A stretch of 64,000 nucleotides of DNA from Verrucomicrobiota bacterium (GCA_039798785.1 JBDKFG010000001.1:96001-160000), one strand, 5' to 3'; counted from the stretch's first letter, positions 19,867 to 29,687 are shown. Notes: generated by a model from the letters alone, not told the origin. Numbers and translations are program-made.

Positions 19867-21183
19867 TCAGGTCTCTTCCCCGCCCTGGCGCGGGGTGAAG
19901 CGTTGCTCCGGCGGCTGGCCGAGGTAGCTGAAGTGGTTGCGGTAGAGCTGGACCAGTCCGGGCACAGGGGTTTCGGCGCGGGTGACCGGGTCGAGCAGGC
20001 AGGTCTGTTCGAGCATCGACACCAGGGCGGCATCGAGATCGAAGCAGCGTTCGGCCTGATTGAGGAGCCAGGGATTGGCGTGGGTGGCGGGCGATTTCGG
20101 CGCGAAGGTGGTGCAGGAGTCCTCGCATTGGACGTTCGAGGCGTGGTAGGTGCCGTAGGCGCGGGCGAGGGCCATGGTTTCGTTTTTGTCGAAGGAGACC
20201 AGGGGGCGCAGGACCAGCAGATCGGTGGCGCGACCGATCGAGTCCATGTTCGGGATGGTCTGGCTGGCGACCTGGGCGGCGGTTTCGCCGGTGACCAGAG
20301 CCCGGGCGTGAAGGCGGGCGGCGAGGACGGTGGCGCAGCGCAGCATCAGGCGGCGGTAGAGGAGGGTGCGGAAGCGTTCCGGCGCCTCGGAGTCGCGGAT
20401 CATCTTCTGCGCTTCGGCCATGTTGCAGGCGTGCAGGGCGCCGCTGCGGCCCTGCCAGGTGTCGAGGGTCAGGGCGATGCCGGCGATCTTGTCGAGCAGC
20501 TCCGGCTTGGTGTAAGGGAAGGAATGGAAGGTGATGTAGTCGACCGGCGCGCCGCGCTTCATGGTGCGGACGCAGGCGACGGGCGAGTCGAGGCCGCCGG
20601 AGAGGAGGGCGAGGACGCGGTGGCTGCTGCCCACCGGCAGGCCGCCGTGTGCGGGACAGACTTCGAAGTAGATGTAGGCGATGTCTTCGCGGACTTCGAG
20701 ATAAAGGGTGGTCTCGGCGTTTTCGAGGTCGAAGCGGAAGTCGCGCTCCTTTCCCGTCGCCTCGGCGACGGCGATCTCCAGTTCGCGGGATGAGTAGGGG
20801 AATTTCTTCCAGGCGCGGCGGGCGCGGACGCGGAAGCTCGAGCCTGGGGCGGTCTTCTCCAGGGCGGCCAGGGCGAGACGAGTCGCGGCGGTGATCAGCC
20901 CCTCGGCCTGCGGCGGCATCATCACCGCGGGGGAGAAGCTTTCCAGGCCGAAGACCCGCGGCAGCCTCTCGCGCATGTGTGCCAGCTCGGCATCATCGAA
21001 GGCGGCGTTGTCGCGACGGCGGAGGGCGTGGCGCCCCTGGTCGATGAGGAAACGCGGCTCGACGATCTGGGGGAGGGAATGGCGGATGTTGGCCCGGAAG
21101 ATCTTCTCGAAATCGCAACGGTTGTCGCCCTTGAGGCCGATTTCATTGTAGCGGAGAATGATGCAGTTGAAGGGGGTGGTCAT
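19867..21183 (-). CDS. thiI: tRNA 4-thiouridine synthase ThiI
   Basis: RYNEIGLKGDNR, THUMP domain, GGLPVGS, PP-loop LLSGGLDSPVA, TGE..AQVASQT, RPL. Confidence 0.95.
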   Translation of the reverse strand: MTTPFNCIILRYNEIGLKGDNRCDFEKIFRANIRHSLPQIVEPRFLIDQGRHALRRRDNAAFDDAELAHMRERLPRVFGLESFSPAVMMPPQAEGLITAATRLALAALEKTAPGSSFRVRARRAWKKFPYSSRELEIAVAEATGKERDFRFDLENAETTLYLEVREDIAYIYFEVCPAHGGLPVGSSHRVLALLSGGLDSPVACVRTMKRGAPVDYITFHSFPYTKPELLDKIAGIALTLDTWQGRSGALHACNMAEAQKMIRDSEAPERFRTLLYRRLMLRCATVLAARLHARALVTGETAAQVASQTIPNMDSIGRATDLLVLRPLVSFDKNETMALARAYGTYHASNVQCEDSCTTFAPKSPATHANPWLLNQAERCFDLDAALVSMLEQTCLLDPVTRAETPVPGLVQLYRNHFSYLGQPPEQRFTPRQGGEET

Positions 21184-21338
21184 GAGTAGTCCTTGACTTG
21201 TAAGGCCGCCAATGTAAGGCGCTTTCGGCGCGCCGAAAGGGGACTTAAGTCAGTAAGTTTAATGTCGGAGCGCTTGCGCAGGTGAAGCTTCGATCTTAGA
21301 ATGGAGCTTAGCAAAATGCCAAGTTCGACAGGAATGAC

Positions 21339-22478
21339 GTGTTCAAGCGCTTACGCCAACTTTTCAGCAAGCCCAGCAGCAGCTCCGGGCCGGAAGCACA
21401 TGCCCACACCTACACGGTGCTGGAGTGCCCCGCTTGCGCTACCGACATTCCTTACGAGGAAGCTGTCGATGGGCTGAACTGGAAGAAGTGCCCCGGCTGT
21501 TCGCGACCCAGCTTGATCCCCCGCCATCTCGGTCCTTTCATGCTTTACGCCATCGCCGGGGAAGGCGGCATGGGACGGGTCTACAAAGCCTCTTGCAGCC
21601 TTTATCCTGACAAGATCTATGCGGTCAAGATCCTGCCGGAGGAGAAGCGCGACAACGCCGAAGCGATCGAGCTGCTTCGCCGCGAAGCCGGCATCACCGC
21701 GCTCTTCAACGGCCACCCGAACTCGGTCACCGCAGTGGAGTTCGACATCCAGGACGGCTGGGCCTACCTGGTCACCGAATACGTCGAGGGTGAAACCCTC
21801 GAGGCTCGCATCGCCCGTGAACCGGGAGGCTTGGATGAGGAGCTGGTACTTAAGGACATGCTCGACCTCACCTCGCTGCTTGAGGCGATCACCTCCCAGG
21901 GCTACCTCTTCCGCGACCTCAAGCCTCAGAACATCATCATCCGTCCGGACGGCCGTCCGGTCCTTCTCGACTACGGGATCGCCATGTCGGCTGAGGAGGC
22001 GAACTCGCTCTGCGAACTCAACTACATCGACGGCTCGCCACATTACGTTCCGCCGGAGCGGCTGATCGGCGAGACCGAGGATGCCCGCAGCGAGATATAC
22101 AGCCTCGGCATGGTGATGGTCCACGCCCTCACCGGCCGACCCTACTTCCAGCTCTCCGGCAAGCAGGCTATCGCCGAAGCCCATGTCAACGCCCAGCGAT
22201 TTTCGATGACCTTGGTGGCCCCGGGCATCACCATGGAGTTGTCGGAGCTTCTCGACCGGATGATCTGCCGTCGCAAGGAAGACAGGATCGTTTCCTTCGC
22301 CGAACTGCGCAAGGCCTTGCGCATGGTTGCCACCATGACCCGCCGCGGCCCCTACTTTGAGACCACAACCCAGCTCATCCGCCTCGGCGACATCGCGGCC
22401 TTGCGCGCCGGCAAGAGCGGCAAGTCGCAGTTCCACGACAAGCAGCGCGAAAAGACTCGCAAGCCTGGGGACAAGTAA
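21339..22478 (+). CDS. Ser/Thr protein kinase with an N-terminal zinc ribbon
   Basis: CPAC..CPGC, GEGGMGRVY, AVK, RDLKPQN, DYG, GSPHYVPPE, IYSLG. Confidence 0.9.
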   Translation: MFKRLRQLFSKPSSSSGPEAHAHTYTVLECPACATDIPYEEAVDGLNWKKCPGCSRPSLIPRHLGPFMLYAIAGEGGMGRVYKASCSLYPDKIYAVKILPEEKRDNAEAIELLRREAGITALFNGHPNSVTAVEFDIQDGWAYLVTEYVEGETLEARIAREPGGLDEELVLKDMLDLTSLLEAITSQGYLFRDLKPQNIIIRPDGRPVLLDYGIAMSAEEANSLCELNYIDGSPHYVPPERLIGETEDARSEIYSLGMVMVHALTGRPYFQLSGKQAIAEAHVNAQRFSMTLVAPGITMELSELLDRMICRRKEDRIVSFAELRKALRMVATMTRRGPYFETTTQLIRLGDIAALRAGKSGKSQFHDKQREKTRKPGDK

Positions 22479-22583
22479 GCCTGCGCCCATCTTTTTCCGT
22501 GTCCTCTTCCGATTTTTCGCCATGGCTGCCCTTCCTGTCGACCAGTGGCGCTATTGTGCAGCGTCCAACCTCAAGCTTCCTCC

Positions 22584-24557
22584 ATGCTCAATCCCGCTCA
22601 GAAAACCGTCGTAGATCACCGTCAGGGCCCCATCCTGGTCGTCGCCGGCGCCGGCACCGGCAAGACCCACACCCTCACCTCGCGGGTCGCTGCCCTGATC
22701 GAAGAAGGGGTGCAGCCGGAACGCATCCTCCTGCTCACCTTTACCCGCAAGGCCGCCGGCGAGATGATGGAGCGCTGCGGTCAGCTCCTCGGCTTCCCTC
22801 ATGGCTGCCGCCCCGCCCTCGGTGGCGGTACCTTCCACGCCGCCGCCTTCGCCGACCTGAAACGCCTCGGCAGATTGCGCGACCTCTACGGCCTCGCCGA
22901 CGAAGCCGACGGAGGCAAGCAGCTCACCAAGCTCCTCAACCTTCCCGAATTCAAGGTCGTCAAGGATTCCAAGCTGTCCCGCCGCCAGCTCCTGCAGATC
23001 CTCTCCCTCGCCAAGAACACCTGCCAGGATCTCGCCGCGACGATCAAGCAGTTCTTCCCTTCCCACCTCAAGATCCTGAGCGAAGTCGAGGCCCTCCTCA
23101 GCCGTTTTGAGGCCGAGAAGAAGGCCCGCGGCATGATGGACTACGACGACATCCTGGTCGCCTGGCTCATCCTCTTGCGCTCCGATGACGGCGACGCCTG
23201 CCGCAATGTCTACGACTACGTCCTGGTCGATGAATACCAGGACACTTCCAGACTGCAGGTGGAGATCCTCAAGGCCCTGGTTTCCGGACACCGCAACATC
23301 ATGGCGGTCGGCGACGACTGCCAGAGCATCTACTCCTTCCGCGGCGCACTCGCGGCCCAGCTCAAGGAATTCCTCCTCGATTTCCCCGGCGCCCGCTGCG
23401 TCGCCCTGGAGGCCAATTATCGCAGCACCGAAGAGATACTCGATTTCTCCAATCAGGTGATCGCCGAAGCTGCCGACGTCTTGCCCAAGGAGTTGCGTTC
23501 CGCCTTCGGCCAGAAGGGCCCTGAGCCCGACGTCTTCAGGGCGGAGCGCCCCAGCGATGTGGCGCGGCGCATCGCCGACGAGATCGAAAGGCAGCATCGC
23601 GCCGGTTCGCCCCTGCTCGCCTATGCCATCCTTTTCCGCTCCTCCGCCCACGCCATCTCCCTCGAAATGGAGCTCAACCGCCGCCACCTGCCCTACCGCA
23701 AATTCGGCGGCCAGAAGCTCACCGAGGCTGCCCACGTGAAGGACTTCCTCGCCTTGCTCCTCCTTCTTCACGCCGCCAGCCCCCCCGCCTGGGCCCTCGA
23801 ACGCAGCATGGGCCTGCTCCCCGGCATCGGCGAAAAATCGGCCTCCCGCCTGGCCGAGAGCCTGGGCTCGGGAGAAGCGTGGGACAAGCTGAAATTCCCC
23901 GCCAAGGCCCAGTCCCTCGCGATCCGGATCGGCAATTTGCGCCGGGCGCAAGAAGACGAGCCGATGGACAAGGAGGCGATCAAGGCCGCTCTCGAACTCG
24001 CCGACATCGTCTTGCGGGAAAACTATGATGACGCCGACGAACGCTTCGATGACCTCAAGACCATCGGCGAAACCTTGTCCATGGCACCCTCCCTGCGGAT
24101 CTTCTGCACCGACATGGCCCTCGACTACGGTGACACCCCGGACCGTCGCGATCAGGGCCCCTCCGACTACATCACCCTGAGCACCATCCACTCCGCCAAG
24201 GGCAAGGAATGGGACGAGGTGCACGTTTTGAACGTCGCGCAAGGTGCGATCCCCTCAAGCACCTCCTTCGGCAATGTCGCCAAATACGAAGAGGAGCGCC
24301 GCCTTTTCTACGTCGCCATCACCCGCGCCCGCAAACGCCTGCTTTTACACGTTCCCCGCGACGACGGATTCGGCAATTTCCAGCGTCCCTCCGAGTTCAT
24401 CGACACCCTGATCGCCGGCAGCCGCCCCGCCCCGCGGCAGAACGACAGCCCCCCCGCTAATTACCGCACCTGGCAGCCAGTGCCAAGCAAGCCCAAGGTG
24501 CCGCCTCCCCGCAAACCGGAGCCGGGGGATGATTATATTTACATTTACGAGGATTGA
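22584..24557 (+). CDS. ATP-dependent DNA helicase, UvrD/Rep/PcrA family
   Basis: AGAGTGKT, TFTRKAA, TFH, VDEYQD, VGDDCQSIYSFRGA, NYRS, STIHSAKGKEW, EERRLFYVAITRA. Confidence 0.95.
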   Translation: MLNPAQKTVVDHRQGPILVVAGAGTGKTHTLTSRVAALIEEGVQPERILLLTFTRKAAGEMMERCGQLLGFPHGCRPALGGGTFHAAAFADLKRLGRLRDLYGLADEADGGKQLTKLLNLPEFKVVKDSKLSRRQLLQILSLAKNTCQDLAATIKQFFPSHLKILSEVEALLSRFEAEKKARGMMDYDDILVAWLILLRSDDGDACRNVYDYVLVDEYQDTSRLQVEILKALVSGHRNIMAVGDDCQSIYSFRGALAAQLKEFLLDFPGARCVALEANYRSTEEILDFSNQVIAEAADVLPKELRSAFGQKGPEPDVFRAERPSDVARRIADEIERQHRAGSPLLAYAILFRSSAHAISLEMELNRRHLPYRKFGGQKLTEAAHVKDFLALLLLLHAASPPAWALERSMGLLPGIGEKSASRLAESLGSGEAWDKLKFPAKAQSLAIRIGNLRRAQEDEPMDKEAIKAALELADIVLRENYDDADERFDDLKTIGETLSMAPSLRIFCTDMALDYGDTPDRRDQGPSDYITLSTIHSAKGKEWDEVHVLNVAQGAIPSSTSFGNVAKYEEERRLFYVAITRARKRLLLHVPRDDGFGNFQRPSEFIDTLIAGSRPAPRQNDSPPANYRTWQPVPSKPKVPPPRKPEPGDDYIYIYED

Positions 24558-24691
24558 TTGATTTTGAGTGCGATCAATCCCGCCTCTGATCCTAGAAAAC
24601 ACAAGTCCTTAGTGAAATGGATAAATTGCAGTTGCAGCAATTTTCAACCTTGTGGAATCAAGGCTGATATGAGCAGCTTGATGCAGGCCGG

Positions 24692-24720
24692 AAAAAAGCC
24701 GCCCGGAGACCGGGCGGCTA
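24692..24720 (-). terminator. Rho-independent terminator of the rpmH-jag operon
   Basis: AGCCGCCCGG-loop-CCGGGCGGCT followed by a T-run on the minus strand. Confidence 0.8.
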
Positions 24721-24742
24721 TTCAGTAGTATTTTGCTCGCGT

Positions 24743-25846
24743 TTATTTGGTCCGGAGGCTGACGCGGACGCGGCGCTTGGCTTCATCGAAGCTGGCGGTG
24801 ATTTCGGCATCGCCGGAGAAGAATTGAACCGCCTTGCGCGCTTCATCCTCGCTCATCGGCTTGAGAAGGACGTCATCGCCCCACTTCTTGACTTCCTTGG
24901 CGGCGTTTTTGCAATCCAGGGCGAGTCGTTCGGCGGCGCTTTCGGCGCTGACCGGAGTTTCATTGTTGTAGGCCGGGCGCTCTTCGCGGTGGAAGCCAGG
25001 CCCGCGGTCATCGCGGCGGGGACCGCGATCGTCGCGGCGGGGGCCGCGATCGTTGCGGGGACCGCGATCGTCGCGGCGCTCGAAGCGGTCGCGGCGGCTT
25101 TCATCGCCGCGTTCTTCGCGGTCGCGGCGGCCGGGATTGCGGGAGGGGAAGCTGCGGCTCGGGCCGGCGTTTTCGCCTTCGGCAGAGGGGGCTGCGGCTG
25201 GGGCGGAATCGACCTGAGTGGCGGCGTTGGGGTCGACCACCTGGGCGGCGGCGGATTCAGTGCCGGCGCAGGCCTGTGTTTCGGGGCTGGCGGCGGGAGC
25301 GGTGCAGGCCTTGGCTTCGTCGCAGCTGGAAGGAGCGGCGTTTTCGCCTGCGGACTCGGCGGGGCTGCCTTCGGCTGCGGGAGCGGGGGCGGGTGTGGGG
25401 CGTTCACCGCGTTCTTTGCGGGGGCCACGTTCCTGGCGTTCGCCGCGGGGCGGGCGTTCTTCGCGGGGCGGGCGCTCGGGGCGGTCTTCGAAGCGCTCCT
25501 TGCGGCGTTCTTCGCGACGGGCCTGTTCCTGGTCGCGTTTTTCGGAGGGGCTGTTGTTGCCCTTGCCGTAGCCGTCGACGTCGATGAAGACCTTGGGGAA
25601 ATTCTCGACATCCTTGCGGAGGATGTTGTTCATCAGGATGCTGAGAGAGTTGAGGTGGACGCCGTTGCGGCCGATGAGTCGGCCGGGTTCTTCGGTGAGG
25701 ACATTGAGGACGATCTTGTTGCCGTTGACGTTGTCCTTGACTTCGGCTTTGAGGCCGAGGAGGCCGATCATCTTGCTGAAGACTTCACGGGATTTGGCGG
25801 CGTGGGCACCGGTCTGGACCGGATCGGGGCTTTGAACTTGTGACAT
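24743..25846 (-). CDS. jag: Jag/EloR (KhpB)-like RNA-binding protein with a long low-complexity insert
   Basis: KH motif GRLIGRNG..LNSL, IDVDGY, and an R3H-like LKPMS near the C-terminus. Directly downstream of yidC. Confidence 0.78.
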   Translation of the reverse strand: MSQVQSPDPVQTGAHAAKSREVFSKMIGLLGLKAEVKDNVNGNKIVLNVLTEEPGRLIGRNGVHLNSLSILMNNILRKDVENFPKVFIDVDGYGKGNNSPSEKRDQEQARREERRKERFEDRPERPPREERPPRGERQERGPRKERGERPTPAPAPAAEGSPAESAGENAAPSSCDEAKACTAPAASPETQACAGTESAAAQVVDPNAATQVDSAPAAAPSAEGENAGPSRSFPSRNPGRRDREERGDESRRDRFERRDDRGPRNDRGPRRDDRGPRRDDRGPGFHREERPAYNNETPVSAESAAERLALDCKNAAKEVKKWGDDVLLKPMSEDEARKAVQFFSGDAEITASFDEAKRRVRVSLRTK

Positions 25847-25882
25847 GTAAGGATTCTCCGGGGGGATTTCCGCGCGACGGTC

Positions 25883-27697
25883 TCAGGCCTTGGTGGCGGC
25901 TGCAGTCGAGAGCGGGGCGGACGTATTGCTGAGTTTGTATTGGAGGATGGTCATGAGAGTCTGGACGGTCCAGTAGAGCGTCAGACCGGAGGGCATTCCG
26001 TAACAGAGCACCAGCATGATTACGGGCATGGCCATCATAATCTTCTTCTGCATATCGTCGGCAGAGGAAGGCATGAGCTTCTGTTGCAGAAGCATGAGGG
26101 CGCACCAAGCGATGGCGAGCGGTCTGATGGGGAGACCGATGCCGGGGACTTCCCAGACGGTGTCCGGCATGGACAGGTCGGTGACCCAGAGGAATTCGCT
26201 GTGGCGCAGTTCGATGGCGCTTCTCAGCGCGTTGAAGAGGGCGATGAACACTGGCATCTGCAAGAGCATGGGCAGGCAGCCGCCGAGAGGGTTCACTCCT
26301 TCTTCTTTGTACAACTCCATCACCTTCTGGGATTGGAGTTGGGGGTTGTCCTTGTATTTCTCCTGCAGCTCCTTCATCTTCGGAGCCAGGGCGGACATTT
26401 TCTTCATCGATTCGTTGCTCTTGTTGGTAAGGCGCCAGAAGAGCAACTTGACTGCGATGGTGAGGAGGATGATGGCGAGGCCCCAGGAGGCGACGAACTG
26501 GTAGAAGAACTTCAGGACTTCGAGAATGCCTTGTGACATCCAGCCGAGCCAGCCGACCTTGAACCACATGAACATGTTGAGCTGCATGACGCCTTTGCGG
26601 TTGTCGCCAAGGTCTTTGAGCTCCTGCAGTTCCTGGGGGCCGGCGAAGATGTCGAAGCTGAGCTCCTTGCTGGCGCCGGGTGCGAGGTCGAAGTCGGGGA
26701 TCTTGCCGGCGGCGGCGACCAGGGTGTAATGCCTGTCGTGATCACCATCCTTGCGGTCTTCGCGGAGGACTTTGATGCGGCTGAGGTGTGCCGCCTCAAA
26801 GGGCTGGGCGGGCTTGACGATGAAGGCGAAGTACTGGTTCTTGACGGCGATCCACTGGAAGCCCTTTTTGTGATCGGGGGCTTCGAAGTCGAAGCGGGCT
26901 GGCTTGCCCTGCTGCTCGAGATCGTCAAGGTCGGAGGCGATCGAGGAGAGGAATTCGGTGTGGACCTTGTCGTCTTCGGCATCGTAACAGTCGACGCCCT
27001 GATCAAAGCCCATGGCCTGTTTGGCGAAGAAGTCGAGGTCGCCGAACTGGATCGGCGGGGTGAGTCCGCAGTTGATTTCGAGGCCTGTGATCTTCAAAGG
27101 CTCGGAGGGAGAGAGGTTGCGGATTTCGACCTTGCGGGTGAAGGCGTGCGGATGTTTGGGGTTCTGGTCGAGCGTCCAGGTCTCGGTGATCTGGCATTCC
27201 TTGCCGTTGATCAGGAGATCGGTGCGGGTGCTGATCGACTTGTCATCCTGGCTGAGGATCTGCGTTTTGCCTGATTTCCATTCCTTGGCGCTGCCCTGCC
27301 AGGTGAGCGAGGGGTTGAGGTCGTCGCCAATGTGGACGAGCTGTTCCTTGCCCTTGATCAGGGTGTGGCCGGGGAAGAGAGCTGTTCCAAGGCCTTTGCC
27401 GGGCAGGATCTGGATTTCGCTCTTGTTGGCGACCTTGAGGGTGACGGGGGGCAGGGGGGCGGCGGGGACGATCAGCTTGGGTGTCTGGTTGGCAGCGGGA
27501 ACGGTTGGGGCGGTCGCGCCGGGGCTGAGGGCGGCTAGGTCCGCTGCGGGAGTTGCGCTGAGCGGCTGGGCGTCTGCGATGCCGGCTTGGGGAGGGGGGG
27601 CGAAACCGAGCTTCCGTTCGATGGCGGGACCGTAGATGAGCCAGAGAATCAAGCCGAGGCTGAGTGCGACGAGGCCGAAGATGCCTTTCTTATCCAT
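25883..27697 (-). CDS. yidC: Membrane protein insertase YidC
   Basis: WGLAIILLT, NPLGGCLPMLLQMPVF, FLWVTDLS.PD, PSGLTLYW. Confidence 0.97.
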   Translation of the reverse strand: MDKKGIFGLVALSLGLILWLIYGPAIERKLGFAPPPQAGIADAQPLSATPAADLAALSPGATAPTVPAANQTPKLIVPAAPLPPVTLKVANKSEIQILPGKGLGTALFPGHTLIKGKEQLVHIGDDLNPSLTWQGSAKEWKSGKTQILSQDDKSISTRTDLLINGKECQITETWTLDQNPKHPHAFTRKVEIRNLSPSEPLKITGLEINCGLTPPIQFGDLDFFAKQAMGFDQGVDCYDAEDDKVHTEFLSSIASDLDDLEQQGKPARFDFEAPDHKKGFQWIAVKNQYFAFIVKPAQPFEAAHLSRIKVLREDRKDGDHDRHYTLVAAAGKIPDFDLAPGASKELSFDIFAGPQELQELKDLGDNRKGVMQLNMFMWFKVGWLGWMSQGILEVLKFFYQFVASWGLAIILLTIAVKLLFWRLTNKSNESMKKMSALAPKMKELQEKYKDNPQLQSQKVMELYKEEGVNPLGGCLPMLLQMPVFIALFNALRSAIELRHSEFLWVTDLSMPDTVWEVPGIGLPIRPLAIAWCALMLLQQKLMPSSADDMQKKIMMAMPVIMLVLCYGMPSGLTLYWTVQTLMTILQYKLSNTSAPLSTAAATKA

Positions 27698-27953
27698 TGC
27701 GTGATTGATTCCTGTCAGAAGTGGGGGGAGGTACCGGATCGTAGCTGGATCCGCGGTACCAAGGGTGGCAGCGGAGGAGTCTTCCGGCGGTGTAGAAGAA
27801 GCCTCTCAGGAAGCCGTGCTCAAGGAAGCACAGTCGGCCATATTCGGAGCAACTGGGGTGGAAGCGGCAGACCTTGGGCAGCAGGGGGCCGATGAAGAGC
27901 TGGTAGCCCCGGATGGCGCGTTCGCCGAGCCAGGCCAGGAGACCGGCTTTCAT
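27690..27953 (-). CDS. yidD: Membrane protein insertion efficiency factor YidD
   Basis: IRGYQ..CRFHPSCSEY..RLLRCHPW..YDPVP. Lies between rnpA and yidC. Confidence 0.93.
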   Translation of the reverse strand: MKAGLLAWLGERAIRGYQLFIGPLLPKVCRFHPSCSEYGRLCFLEHGFLRGFFYTAGRLLRCHPWYRGSSYDPVPPPTSDRNQSRNG

Positions 27954-28348
27954 GAGGGCAGGTGGCCGGCGTTGCGGAGCAGCTGCAGCAGCTCGGCCTG
28001 AACCCTGGGGGCCTTGCGGCCGTGCAGGCTGCGGCGGGCAACGAGAACGATCCACAGCGGCGGCAGGCTGCTGCTTACCAGGCGGAAGGCTTCCCGGAGG
28101 AGGCGTTTGGCTCGATTGCGCTCGACCGCATCGTTGTCGTACTTGCGTCCGACCACTACGCCGAGACGGCAGCGGCCGTCAGGCGCAGGCAGGGTGCTGA
28201 GGAGCATCAGTTTGCCAGGATGGCTTGAGCCGGATTCGCGCATCGTGCTGAACTCGGCACCGCTGATCAGGCGCTTGTCGCGGCCGAAACTGGCCTCGCC
28301 GGTCTGCAGGAGACCGGCGGGAGTCTTGCTGCCGAGGAATTCCGACAA
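27950..28348 (-). CDS. rnpA: Ribonuclease P protein component
   Basis: RLGVVVGRK...AVERNRAKRLLREAFR. Start uncertain. Confidence 0.92.
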   Translation of the reverse strand: MSEFLGSKTPAGLLQTGEASFGRDKRLISGAEFSTMRESGSSHPGKLMLLSTLPAPDGRCRLGVVVGRKYDNDAVERNRAKRLLREAFRLVSSSLPPLWIVLVARRSLHGRKAPRVQAELLQLLRNAGHLPS

Positions 28349-28352
28349 GGAA

Positions 28353-28490
28353 TCAGGCGCCGCAGAGCTTGTGGCGGCCTTTCTGGCGGCGGGCGGAGAG
28401 AACTTTGCGGCCGCCTTTGGTGGCCATGCGGGCGCGGAAGCCGACGTTGCGGATGCGCTTGATCTTGGAGGGCTGGTAGGTGCGTTTCAT
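28353..28490 (-). CDS. rpmH: 50S ribosomal protein L34
   Basis: [42 protein letters not shown]. Confidence 0.97.
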   Translation of the reverse strand: MKRTYQPSKIKRIRNVGFRARMATKGGRKVLSARRQKGRHKLCGA

Positions 28491-28655
28491 GTTCGTTTTT
28501 CCTTGTCGTTGGTGGATCTTGCCGCCTCTGCAATCGGGATGATGGGCAGGCCACCGGCGGTTTTCCGGGGGGCGCGGGCCGCGTATCTTACACGGAAGCG
28601 CCGTTTCATCAACTGCTTTTCGTCGATTTGTCGAGGGCCTTCCTGTTCCTAACTG

Positions 28656-28670
28656 TGGCACCTGTCCTGC
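28656..28670 (+). promoter_or_regulatory. Candidate sigma-54 (-24/-12) promoter for the porin gene
   Basis: TGGCACCTGTCCTGC gives GG-N10-GC, close to the TGGCAC-N5-TTGC consensus. Confidence 0.35.
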
Positions 28671-28796
28671 GTCTGAAGGGCTCGTTGCCGGGAATTTATT
28701 ACACATTTGACATGATATAGTGGTTGAATATCAAAAATTGTAATATATCATTGATGTGTCCTGATAGTCGCTAGAACAACACAAGGAGATACGCCC

Positions 28797-29630
28797 ATGA
28801 AGAAAATCGTAAGCAGCCTTCTCTTCACCGCCTTTTTCACCGCTCAAGCCGCGGAAGAGGCTGCGCCGGTCCCGGCCCAAGAAGAGTACAAGCCTTGGAG
28901 TCTGGTGCTGGACTCTGGAGTTCATTCGCACTACTGGTGGCGCGGCCTGACTCTCAATCCGGATCCGGTCAACCAGAATGCGGTGACCTTTGAGTATGCC
29001 TTGGACAAGGAAGGGGACTTGGGCACCATCGGCCTGAACTACTGGAACAACGTCGATCTGACCCAGGTGACCGGCAACGCCGGCGATATCACCGAGAATG
29101 ACTGGGGGGTATACTGGTACAAGGGGCTGGGAGATCTCGGAACTCTCAAATTGGGGGCCGTCTACTACGACTATCCTGCCGCCGCCGCCCTGGGCGAGAA
29201 CTATTTCAGCCATTCGGCCGAAGCTTACGCGATTTTCACCGCCAACTGCTTCCTCAAGCCGGAGTTGAGCGTCTGGTATGACTTCCAGAAGTCCGACGGC
29301 CTGTATGTCTCCTTCGGTCTCTCGCACTCGGTGCCGTTGGAAAGCGTGGCGGATTTCGCCAAGGACTGGAGTCTTGACCTCTCCAGTGTCGTCGGCTGGA
29401 ACAGCGGAAAGAACATGAAGGCCTACTACGGCGAAGTCGAAGAGGACGCCTCCTTCACCGACTTCAACCTCAAGGCCGGCCTGACCATCCCGATGTGCAA
29501 GACTGAGAGCATGTCGATGGCGCTGGAGCCCTACATCCAGTGGTTCACCACCCTCGACCGCTATTACGGCAATGCCGGCGTCAACCAGGACGGTTTCGTC
29601 GGCGGGGTCAACCTCAGCGTCACCTTCTGA
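28797..29630 (+). CDS. Outer-membrane beta-barrel protein, TorF/Gcw_chp-like putative porin
   Basis: AAGGAG ribosome-binding site, signal peptide, S.YWWRG..L...PV.Q, E.D, YYDYP, alternating beta strands and a C-terminal Phe. Confidence 0.78.
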   Translation: MKKIVSSLLFTAFFTAQAAEEAAPVPAQEEYKPWSLVLDSGVHSHYWWRGLTLNPDPVNQNAVTFEYALDKEGDLGTIGLNYWNNVDLTQVTGNAGDITENDWGVYWYKGLGDLGTLKLGAVYYDYPAAAALGENYFSHSAEAYAIFTANCFLKPELSVWYDFQKSDGLYVSFGLSHSVPLESVADFAKDWSLDLSSVVGWNSGKNMKAYYGEVEEDASFTDFNLKAGLTIPMCKTESMSMALEPYIQWFTTLDRYYGNAGVNQDGFVGGVNLSVTF

Positions 29631-29640
29631 CTCCAATGAC

Positions 29641-29675
29641 AAGGCGCGCCGCCCATCTCGGGCGGCGCGCTTTCG
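29641..29675. terminator. Terminator-like hairpin between convergent genes
   Basis: GCGCGCCGCCC-ATCTC-GGGCGGCGCGC followed by TTT. Confidence 0.7.
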
Positions 29676-29687
29676 TCGTTTCGGGCT

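Noticed and set aside
22584..24557. UvrD helicase as part of an anti-phage system such as Gabija
   Set aside because: No OLD/TOPRIM nuclease or other defence partner is adjacent, and codon usage is host-like.
28491..28796. Replication origin next to rpmH
   Set aside because: There is an AT-rich patch but no dnaA or dnaN and no DnaA-box cluster that I could find.
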